Positions 12,848 through 24,600 of a stretch of 64,000 nucleotides of DNA are shown here, piece by piece. Below the pieces are notes generated by a model. The model ran no database searches, had not been told where the DNA came from, and saw only the letters and a program-made list of their open reading frames with translations. Source of the DNA: Antedon mediterranea (lineage: Eukaryota > Animalia > Echinodermata); assembly GCF_964355755.1 (NCBI RefSeq), contig NC_092674.1, positions 6,758,001 to 6,822,000 of the forward strand, in the 5' to 3' direction. Each line of letters opens with the position of its first letter. The stretch's first letter is position 1. Position numbers and translations under genes: made by a program.

Positions 12848-13166
12848 TGATACGACATCAATGTATTACTGTACTCGACGAAAAAGTTAAGATTAATTAA
12901 ATAATTTGTTTAAAATTGTTAACAATAATGCATGTATAAAGACTATACATTGAGATTTACCGCCCGTACATTTCTAATTTACAATCTTTAAATTATCTTT
13001 TTTATATTCAATAGATTAAAACAATTTTGTTGTCATTTGTTTTAAAATTTAATTTGTCAGGTTTTTTTTTGTTTTGTCTCGGTTGCTGTGTTATATAATA
13101 AATAAATAATACCAAATATATTTTATTTTCTAATAACGTTCCTCGTGTATGTTCATTGCTTATGAT

Positions 13167-14665
13167 TGGTTCGCACTAGAGCTGAGACGCAACACAACCA
13201 CGTAATGCATCGTAAGGGATATGACCAATCACAAGCGATGGATTTATTCGACTGTCACTTGTCATTGGTAAACTCGTTTGCGTTTACGTCCTTGCTTTAT
13301 AATTGCTTTTTCGTGACTATTATTAATCAAATGATATAACAAAGATGGTACTTGTATTTTTTATTTACGTACGAATAATAAAGATTCTTCGAACACAATT
13401 TAGAAGTGACTTTCAATAATTGTTGATATAAATATTAAGGAAAATATATAATAATTGTCAATTCATTCATATTAATTCATTGATTTGAAATATTGTCGTC
13501 TTTTCTATGTTGGAATTAAATGGTGGATTGACTTGTTCTGTTCTAATTGTTTCTCCATCTTAATAAGGCAGTCCACTCCATCGATTACCGTTTGTACGAG
13601 ATTAACCTAAAAAGACAAAATTGATAATGACGATGACGATAATGACTCGTTAATGACGACGATACTGATGCTGATATGTTTGTAAAAATCAGCGCAAAAT
13701 AAGACTGATTCAGATATTAAAATGGCGGCACGGATGATTATTTGACGAAGATTATGATAGGAGCTTTCAATTAAGTTGCGACGACCGACGACCAACCTTG
13801 TTCAGTTCAATCGATGCGTCGGTTGCCGCCTCAGCTCTGTACCTAGAAACCATTGATAACTCCATGCTAGAAACCAACTTGTGTCGAGAGGAGGAGGAGC
13901 GAGAACGTACATACGACGACCAATATCTCCGCATGCGCAAAATGGATTAACATGGCGTAGATTGGTCGTCGCAAATCGAAAGCTCCCTAAAGATTGATTG
14001 CCACTATAACGCAACGCAAGCGAATTGACCAATCACAAGGAACGGTTCGAATGATCCATCGCTTGGATTGGTCGATTCCCTTACGTCATTGCGTTGAGTG
14101 CTAGTGGGAACCAATCTTTATGATGATGTAGATAATGATCGCACAAAATAAATAATTCTGATGCACAATACCTCAGATTTTCCAAGACGATCAAGATTGG
14201 AAATGTCGAATGTTCCGTCGGTAGAAGCGGTATCAACGCCACCTGTTCCACGCTTCTGGAGACGCAGTTTCTTCAAGATCGAATCAAATCGTTTATCCTA
14301 AAATCAAATAATAGCAACGCAATTAATTTGACCGATCACAAGCGTTGAATTGTCCGAACTGTCGTTTGTCATTGGTCAAATCGCTTGCGTTGCGCTTATA
14401 CGCCCTTATGTCTTGCGTCCAAGCTTATATGCACGTTTTCTGTAAATAGGTGAAGCGATTATTTGTTGTATTTTGGTCACTATTTGTAAGTGTAGACACC
14501 CTGTGTAGTTCAGAACTTAAACTCGCTTCCACTTGGACGCAACGTAAGCGCAACGCAAGTAATTTGACCAATCACAAGCGATAGATCCTCTGAACTGTCG
14601 TTTGTCATTGGTCAAATCGCTTATGCGCGCGTACGTCCTTTCGTTTCATCCGAGTGTGAACCAAG
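13167..14665. mobile_element. Cluster of degenerate copies of a second MITE family (gaccaatcacaagcg core) near the CK 3' end
   Basis: Related segments at ~13167-13290, ~14000-14113, ~14310-14400 and ~14520-14665; more intact copy at 24252..24405. Confidence 0.6.
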
Positions 14666-16863
14666 TATTTTTAATGTGAACGAGATTTTATTTGAGAGTC
14701 CAGAATTGCTTTACCTGACAGACGTGAGGCAGTCTAATGTGGACACCCGCACGTAGTCCTGTACCAAGATTGGAAGGGCATGTCAGAACGTATCCCAAAT
14801 GCTGGTTCCACATAAACTCGCTTCCTTGCTCTTTCACTTTCTTCTCAACCTGAAAGAATTAGAAATGACAGCACACAAAGGCAGGTTATTCTTTGTTCAA
14901 TTACAATTAGAGAAATAGTCCTTACAGTAGTTTGTTTAAAAAGTGTCGCAGGCGCGTCTAAACTCTGATGACGTCACGCCTTTTTGACGATTTGTCGTCA
15001 TGATGTCACTGGCGGATTTGTTCTGCCGTTACCCTGTAAGTATCTGCCAAATGCCGTTTCTGCTCTAAATGTCTGTCTACACTATCAAACTTTATGTGAC
15101 AAACAAATGTGATGTGCCCATATGGACATGATTATGTCATAGAACTACCATATTTGTGCATATCACTTCCATATTTGGGCACATCGCGTTTTTTCTGTCA
15201 AACTAGTTTGATAGATGTTTTCAGAAAAAACTAGTGAAAATTAATACCAATTGCAATCCTCGACAGAATCGTTCGAACACTGATCGAATATTTCCACCTT
15301 TCTCCATAGAGATAACACGAGTGTGGTCTTCTTCGTTGACCCAGACGAGAAAGTTTTTATTGAAGTTATGCCTGAAAGAAAAATAGTAGGGATGACAAAT
15401 TTATTACTGCAGTTGCTGCCGTAACTATACATTTTGTCAAAAAATAAAAACCGTTCTTACCATATTCCACGTGCGTCTGGCCAATCTCGCGCCATTCCAG
15501 CAGACGTCAGTAACGGCGACACGGGTTTATCGAACAAGAAATGATCGTCAATAAGCTGCTGCTGTTCGCTCTCTGTCATCCCTTTCAGAGGGTAATATTT
15601 GCCTTTTAGATCACCTTGTAGGCTTCCAAGAGCATTGATGACAATCTTAAAAACAAAAAGACGATAAACTTAATCATTGTATAACGTGTTACCAGTTGGA
15701 TAACATCTATTCCTATTGTACTTTCGATTTTCAATTTTTGACATCATTTTCCGTCTATAAAAAGATCAAATTTTCTGTTTTTGTTCATTCAACCCTTTAA
15801 TTACCTTTTCTACTGCACGTCGCTCCGCTCTGTTGCACTTGGTTGGCAACTGATATCCACGGATGCTGCGTCCAGTGCGCACACGGGACGACAGCACGTA
15901 CTTTGGATCGAATATTCCGCCACGAATCTTTCGGTAATCCAAGTCTGTGCTGTGAACGTCGTCCACGTCATAGCCATTGTGCCTGGCCTTTATAATAGGG
16001 TCGAATAATTCTGCGAAAACCTGGTTAAATTAAAGTGAAAAAGATAGTTTAAAAATGAAAAAAAAATGATTCTGTCCAAATTTCCACTTACGAGACGTGT
16101 TTATTTTCTCTTATAAGATCAATCTGTTAAAACTTAAAAAGTATCACTGCACACGCAAACAGTTTCGTTTTGGAGCCGATCTATTGATAAAGGCGAACAC
16201 GGTTCATTTTAAGTCATAGGCTTAGACATAAGTGCCGCTAGGCAAGTGCTTTTTTAAAAGTAAAAAAAAAGGAAGGGCACGTTCGTTTCGTCAAACTCTG
16301 TGTTAAGTTTTCGCCGATCACCATCCACGACTCGGACTGTATAGGTTAGAGAATTGCGAACAAATTGGTGACTCAAACCCATGACCTAGGGTTTGATCTT
16401 CCACTCTTTGTGAGACTTGCTCCTTCAGTCAGTATTTTTAAATCACGACTGAAAGCCCATCTGTTCTCATCCGGTATTAATTAACTTATTCATTCATTCA
16501 TTTATTCCTTCTCCGAAACCTTGACTCAGAAATACCGAGATGGTGTCCGGCGGGGGATAGTTTAACCCTAGCTTAAGTTGTGCATGCTTCATTTACTCTC
16601 TATTCTTAATTCTGGCCCCGAAACCTTGACTCAGAAATACCGGGATGGTGTCCGGCGGGGGATAGTTTTACCTTAGTTAAGCATGGTTAAGCTTAGTTAC
16701 ATTTTTTTTCTTCACATTATTGATTGTCTCCATCCCCGAAACCTCGACTAAGAAATACCGGAATGGTGTCCGGCGGGGGATAGGTAGTTTATTACCATTA
16801 GTTAAGGTCCTATGTAAAGCACCTAGAGGGGTCAGTGATCCATTAGGCGCTATATAAATACTG

Positions 16864-16917
<54 letters not shown>

Positions 16918-17397
16918 TTAAAAGTAAATCAAGAGGAAAATGAGTTATACCTGACTGAGATCACTAGTCTAGGCCTAGGTAATGTTCCTACCACCAGATC
17001 ACTATAACTCCAACCCCCATACCCTAATTTAGTTTACCTCATACGATTCTTCATCTCCAGCAACAATTCCAACAGTTTCTATAAACGGATGACCCGGATT
17101 ATCCACTCCAGTCTGGATACATTCATCAAGAGTGTACCCCGTTGAAGTGGCACGGTTACAAAGACGATTGTACATATCACGTGTTAAATATCTTGCCATT
17201 ACATTATTATGTTCGCTTAAATCAGGAAAGTTGTCGGCCGCTGAGCACGATCCGCTGGTGGATCCAGAACAGTAGCGACCATACGCCCATCTTGCAGCGT
17301 AGTACCCAGAAACCGCCGCCGTTCCTCCCATAAATATTGTCTTTGCTGACAGGTTTGTTGGCATCATGGAATTTACTGATTTACCTAAACTCCCCAT
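13505..17397 (-). CDS. CKMT: Creatine kinase, mitochondrial-type (phosphagen kinase); 7 exons, 415 aa
   Basis: Exons 17397-17038, 16020-15805, 15645-15461, 15371-15248, 14849-14715, 14297-14172, 13606-13505 total 1248 nt. Motifs [54 protein letters not shown], and the MtCK-like SMEKGGN and [10 protein letters not shown]; N-terminal extension. Confidence 0.92.
16400..16918 (+). mobile_element. L2-like LINE 3' end with three internal ~48-bp repeats and (att)n tail, in CK intron 1
   Basis: ORF2 end [21 protein letters not shown]; tgtaaagcac..aggcgctatataaat; (tta)n tail 16866-16917. Confidence 0.75.
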
Positions 17398-18689
17398 TTT
17401 TAATTGACAGTTGGGCGGGTTGTGGGCATGAGCATAAAAGACTCGATGATGCTGGACCGGTTGTTTAGAAAATGCTTCTTGTTTCGATGCATCGAATAAA
17501 ATGCGTGCGTAATAAACAAACGGTGCGTTGGCAACCTGCTAGGCAGCGCATCGAGTTGCTACGATACACTGTGATACGCATGACGTGGTGGTCAAGGTGA
17601 ATGCTTGCGTAGAGTAACCAAAGCGACGGCGCGCTACGCGTGGAAAATTCGCTTTCTATAAATAAATATCATCAAAGATTGTAAACGCTATAATCTTTGA
17701 TATCGTTATAATAATTATTATTCATATTTGTATGCACTGTATATTATCAGAGTATGGATCATATGCACCACTTTTGTGTATGCCACCGATCTAAAAAGTG
17801 TGTAATTTTAAATAAATTGACCATAATTACGACATTTGACTGACAATTGACATTTCACTACCATAATCATTCTAGTTTGGTACCGTAAAACTTCGAAAAG
17901 AATATGGTAGTGATATGCTCAAATATGGTAGTGATATGACACATCACATTTTTTTTGTCACATAAAGTTTAATAGTGTAGACAAGGCTTTAGGTGGGCTT
18001 CTTTTTGGGATGGGTTTCTTCTCGAAATGAGCTGCTGTAATGAATATATGATTTTACATATTTGCAGACAAGAAGAAGCCTAACAAATCCAAACAAAAAG
18101 TACCCTGGAAAACAATAAACTTCGAAATAAATAATATAGAGGCTTGATTAAATGTTATATAATATCATAAAAGGATCATATTTCAGTATTGACTTTCAAA
18201 TATTACAGTGTATCTCAAAAAGAAGCCCTGGATGTGTTTCTTTTCGAGATTACTTTTTCCAACAACCAAAGAAAGGGCTTCTTTTCGAGATGAGCTTCTT
18301 TTCGAAATAACCTCCTTTTCGACGTTTAACGTCATTTAAATGTCATTTAAATTTCTATAGGCCTATACCCGCGATATATTTTCAGAAAACTTTTTTTTAA
18401 AAACTAATTATTGTTTGGCGCCCTCTCACATACAATGCTTGTAGCCTCCACGATACAGCAGCCATCTTGCGCGCTATTAAACCTGCCTAGCATTTTGCAA
18501 GACAAATTCGAAGAAATATCAATTTGCACAGACTTATGATTACTTATTTTACGATTGCTGATGGTAGATATATAAAGGGTGGTAATTGGATTGAAATCTA
18601 TTGGAAACTACACCATTTAGTACACGTTGTATGCGTGTTAATGACTTGATGTTTGGGAGCTAGGCCGACGGCCTAACGACAAATTAGGC
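17398..18689. promoter_or_regulatory. Divergent intergenic/promoter region between CK and MYCBP2
   Basis: ATGs are 1.3 kb apart on opposite strands; CpG-richer patches at ~17410-17650 and ~18410-18720; YY1-like gccatctt at 18461; X-box-like gttgctacgatac at 17555. Confidence 0.55.
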
Positions 18690-21600
18690 ATGTCTCTAGA
18701 ATCGTCGACCGTAGACCATCGGGAAAGTGACTTCCTGGTTGGGGAACGGATGGGCCTAAAATTCTATAATTTGTTTTCAGTGAAAGACAAAGAAGATGCA
18801 GATAAGTAAGTTTAATTGCATAATATTAGACCTGATCTATGCAAATTACATGCAATGTTATGGATTTGACCATGAAACATTTGTTGTGGCTTCATTTTTT
18901 TAATTTAATAATGATGAATTGCATTTGATAATTGTATTGTAAAACTACAATTACAATCATGTATTTGTTTTTATTGTTGAGGAGGCAGTAGTAGGCCTAT
19001 GTATAAAATGCATTCAGTTTCGTATAATACATTTAGTTATAAGAGACCTACTGCAGCTAGGCTTCTATAATTAATATCCCAAGTACACCCTATCATGAAT
19101 CATAACATACCTGGCAGCTCTTAAAAATCACCCTGCGAGTCCAGTACTACAATTTTGACTATATACTATAGGCCTAACACTAAAAATCTAATGCACTAAA
19201 ATAAAAATCCTGAAATTCTAGGCCTGCATGGAGCAAACAACCAGAAAACTGACATAAATGGTTTAATAATGATACATGATAATGCTACAGTGTATGAGCA
19301 TGGATAATCCCAATAAATCATACCGCATCATATTGGATTATATACAAACCATACAATATTTACAATACAGTAATTTTATTTTTTCAGGAAAAAAAACTCT
19401 TCTAAGAAGAAGCCTAAAAAGAAAAGTAAAAAAGGCTCTAAAGACAAGGTAAACATGTTTTGAAGATTTTAAATGAAATTGTTTGAATTTAATTTAACAA
19501 AAAAAACCTGTCTACCATGATCTAAAAAAAAAACAAGGTATCAGATGCACGATTGACTTTGCAGATAAATTTCATGCACTGTGCCGATAGAAAAATTAAA
19601 ATTACATGCATGATTGACCATGCTGATAGCCTCATCCGTTTAAATGATGGATCCATCTACACGAAGGTGCAAATTTAAGTTCATAATTTTTTTAAAGCCA
19701 TTACATCACTGCCTCATAAAAGTATGTTTTAATTCTTATCAGGAATACGTCACAAATATATCTCAATTTTTAAAAACTTTTGTTAACAGTTATTTATTTA
19801 TTATTTTTTTTTAAGCCGGAAGTTTCATTGGATAACATCTTACAAACACCCATCGTAGAGTTACAAAGCAATCCATCAGCTTTTAACGTGTACGCTACGG
19901 TTCGTCAATGCCTCCTGAAGCGCGAGGTTCAGGAGAGGGCTATTGCCCTCAGCAGTATGAATGAGAAACAGTTGGATGAGGAAGAGGATGCTGAAAAAAT
20001 AGACGAAACTTTAAAACTTCCAAAGGTAGCTTAAGCTCTGTCTACACTATCAAACTAGCTTTAGGTATTTGAGAAGTTAATTAATGATAATTGAGTACAA
20101 TATACAAAATATTAATTCACCTTTATTAAAATGAAAACCAGCGTACAATAATATTATCAACTTATAAAATGCCAATAGGAGTGGTAAATAGAACAAAAAG
20201 AAAACTTCCTTTACTAGCAAAAACAAATATATAAGATACTTATCATTAACCCCATTGTGTTTTTAAATGTTCAGATTGTTGGAATAGGTCTGCGGAGTAT
20301 GTTTGAGCTTATACGAGAGACTTACAGCACCCATCCAGAGCTTTGCTTCAGAGCGATGGAAGCTCTTCTGGACATGTTACAAGGGCAGACCCCTGAAGGC
20401 TTGTCCAAGGAACCACCAGAAGTTATGGGTAAGTCTAAAGTACTTTAATACCCTATAGTATTCCCATTGTAATATTTAACAGAATCTAAATTATTTCATA
20501 GATTAGATAGATTTCAAAATGTTCTCCAATTCCATAGTTCAAATCAAGGTTTTTTTTACCACCAAACTGGTACCCAAATCTAGCCTCATGAAATGTAAAA
20601 AATACATTTGAAATTATTGTGTATTTGTTATTTGCAGTTCATTTTCAAAATCTTTTTTCGAACAGATTCTCTTTTCCAGCTGCTTCTTCAGTTGTCCACT
20701 AGCCCCTGTAGTCCTGACACACCCGCCCGACTAGCCAAAGACCTATTATCTCTTAGCACCTCATGTCTACTGAGTATGGTGATAGCCCGAGGAGACACGG
20801 GCAAGTTGCTATCTGCCGTATCGTCGATTTTAATGAGTTCTCACCACATGGCTGGTAATCAAATGAAGGTAAGGAAAAACTGGAAAACAAATGAAAAACT
20901 GGAAAACAAAGGAGAATACAGCCAACTCTCTGGCCCACATTTTTTTAATTTTCAAAATGCCTTTTAAAAAATCCAGAAAATGTAAAATCCTTTCTTGGTA
21001 TCCAGTTTTGGGAATGTTGTTGTGCAGGTGGCATAGTGGGCTGAAATATCGGTAGTGTAGCTGCAGCTTGGTGGATGACATGCTTGCCTTCCAATCTCAA
21101 GGTCTATGGTTCAATCTTGGCCTAGTTTCAAGGTTTTAACTCACAACTCTTTCTACTCCCTAAGCCTCAAATGAGACTTGGTTTATAAGCTCGATAGTTT
21201 ATCCATCCTGTAGTTAGCTAGTTTCTCACTGTTGGATGTAAAAAGAAAACTGGAAAAAAAACATTTTATTAATAAACATTGTTTTCTTTTTGTTTGCATT
21301 TAGATTCCAGCTATAGTATCCAGTCTTCAACGTAGCTTACAGTCAGTGTTGATAGGTAGTATATGCCAACCTGACTGGGAGACTGCTGGAGTAACAGAAC
21401 AATCCCGAGTGGAAACATGGAAAATACATGGTATATAAACGTTTCATATTACATTCAATCTTGAATTATGGCATAAATTTAATAAGCTAATTAACACATT
21501 GGCTGCTAAGGTTCTGCCACACCCTTTTAAAAGGTTCTGCCACACCTTTTTTTAAGGTTCTGCCATTTATGCTAGGACAGGTTGTTAAAAACTGAGGGCG

Positions 21601-24600
21601 CCACCACAATATATTATTTTAATACTTTTTACAATAAAACACAACAAACAAACATAAGATATATTAACATTATCATCTTAGCACTGTACTCTGCGAAATT
21701 ATAATGTTCTATGGCATACATACTTGCAGGTTAAGAAACATTTTAAGTGGTATTAAGAGGTTACTTCGTTCTAATTTTATTTTTCTACAACCTACAAACC
21801 GTCCAGGCTTTCACACCTGTTCAGGTACGGCGACTCGAACGCCAATGTTTCATTTTCACGATGCACCATGCGGCTATGCGCCAATCAATATGCGCGTAAA
21901 AACGAAACATTGACGTTCGATTGGATTTGCAGTCACCGGACCGGAACCGTGCCGGAGCAGGTGTGAAAGGCCCTTAAATGAGGAGCAATTTTTACTAGCC
22001 ATTCTTCACTAGGCTAGTACCAATTCCAGCCCTGTAAAATACCCTCTTTCCACAAGTTGATACTGTATAACATAGTTTTATTTCATGTTTTTGTAGGTAT
22101 TAAAAGCAGTAGTGAGCCAGCCACAATAGCTACTGACGGTGCTTATATGTATCTTCATAACAATACTGGATTATACAAAGTTGGTACCGGTTATGCCGGT
22201 ACAATTAAGGTAGGTTAACATTTATCTAGAATTAATCACAACTTGCTCACAGTGTACCTGCTCGTTTTACAATCAATCAACTTAATTCTCCATTACAGCA
22301 TATAATTCCTTTCTGCAGTGTGTACTTATTGTTTCCGGTTTTCTACTAGACTAATTTGTTAACGCGAATCTAAAGAGCTCATGCGTATTCATGTTTCATC
22401 TTCCAAATCCCTCTCTGCGATAAATTCTATTTCATTGGGTTTTCACTTCAGCGATATTAGTCCTTTTTAGAAAGCGAAAAACTAATCACAACTCAAAGAA
22501 ATGAGTTATGATGCTTCTGTGAACATTCAAATGAATTGAAAAGCTCAGCAGACACACGATGGAAATATAAATAGCAGCTATTGGCTCTTGTAGTGGAAAG
22601 GGTAGCGCGATTTTTTTCTCTGCGAAACATTGGATTCACATGAACAAATTTGTCTTGTGGAAAACAGGTTTGAACAAACTAAAAAAAAACGTTATTTGTT
22701 CTGTATTATTTTAATAGATTTATTATTTTTCCACACATTTTTTTATTTTTTTTTAGGGTCATTTATATCATCTGAATCCAGAATTTTGCAAAGACCAAGG
22801 ATGGATTGGAGTGGTTAACAACCAATTGTTATTCTGCTCCCGAGATAAACCTGCAAAACTAAGAAAAATTAATTTAGAAAAATTAGAAGAGGAACAGTTA
22901 TTACCCCTCCCTCTCCCAGGTACGTCTTATTATCATCTGTATTTGTATCTTTTTCAGAACTAATATATGTGGTGTACCGCAAACTTTATATCAACATAAA
23001 TCATTATTACTTACACAAATTTGGAGAGACACGCCCTTAGCCGATAGTTGTATTTGACAGCTCTTGTCTCTCCTTAGTGCTCCCTTTTCATGTATCACTA
23101 AAATGAATAAATAAATATGTTTTCGACAAATCGAGTTAGTTTTAGTTTTCAATTATCTGCATTTCATTTTTTTAGAAGCAAACATTCTTTTTTCTAAAAT
23201 AAACAAAACAGTCATTTTTTTATTCATTGTACCATACTGAGGTATTTATTGTACCATACTGAGGTATTCATTGTACCATACTGAGGTATTCATTGTACCA
23301 TACTGAGGTATTCATTGTACCATACTGAGGTATTCATTGTACCATACTGAGGTATTCATTGTACCATACTGAGGTATTCATTGTACCATACTGAGGTATT
23401 CATTGTACCATACTGAGGTATTCATTGTACCATACTGAGGTATTTATTGTACCATACTGAGGTATTCATTGTACCATACTGAGGTATTTGTTCATCTTTG
23501 TTTGCAGGTAACTCGGTACCTGCTGTTTTGTTTAGCGACGGTGAGCAGATTGGAACAGTAACTGCTACAGACCAGGTTAGTTTTTCCGCAAAATAAAATG
23601 TATTTAGGGGAAACCTTCAGGATGCTACAAAGTTTTCCTTTGTGTGTCTCCTAAATGGTTGGGCCTAGTATTAAAATATACTTTGACCGCCATTTTTTTC
23701 AAGGGAACTGTCCCAATTACAGGTTTTACTATAGTTCATAAAATATGTAGTATTAAGATTGTACATATTAAAAACAAGTTTTAGTATATTGAATGTATTG
23801 AACACTTATTTCATATTTTTTGTTTGTGAATTTTTTGCTTTATCTGAAATTAAAGGATAACTTTGAAGGTTTTTTTTGTTATTTAAAAATTGTTATTGAT
23901 AAATTCATATAAAGAAAACATTTTTATGTGTATGTGTACATGTATTATTTGTGTTACCGCTATCAACAATAGTAACTATTTTATTCTTTCAGGACACATT
24001 CCGGATTCAAACATGGCATCCGTCAGGAACAATGCAACAAAAGGGAAGTGAACTTTATGTGAAGTTAGCTAGAAAGAGCACAGAAGTTTATGGGCCTTCC
24101 CTCACAGACCAAGCTAAAGATAAGACCAAACATATTCTAGGTAAATACAAGATTGTATTCTCTACAGTAGTAGGAAAAAGTGAAATCACATTTAAAAGGG
24201 TTTTATCAGTTATTGATATACGAAAGCAATTGTACATTATGTTAGCCTTTAGGCTTGGTTCCCACTAGAACGCAATGCAAGGACGTAGATAATACAAGCG
24301 AGTTCACCAATGACACACGACAGTTCGAATAATGCATTGCTTGTGATTGGTCAAATCCCTTACATTGCGTTAAGTCATTACGGTGTCTCTAGTGGGAACC
24401 AAGCTTTATCGTTCAGATTTCTTTCTCACATTGACTTATGGTATTTATTATTTAAGTATTATTAGTCTATTTTTTAGATTCTGCATAGAATCTTGTTTTT
24501 TGTTATGTTATAGAAGACAAAATGAATGGTGAATAATACTACGTTTGCTTTATTTAGATTTAGGTTCCGATATTGACTGTTTAGAGGTCACTGCTGGCAA

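Noticed and set aside
16513-16785. CRISPR-like repeat/spacer layout
   Set aside because: Eukaryotic intron, no cas genes, unequal spacers, and it lies inside a LINE 3' UTR
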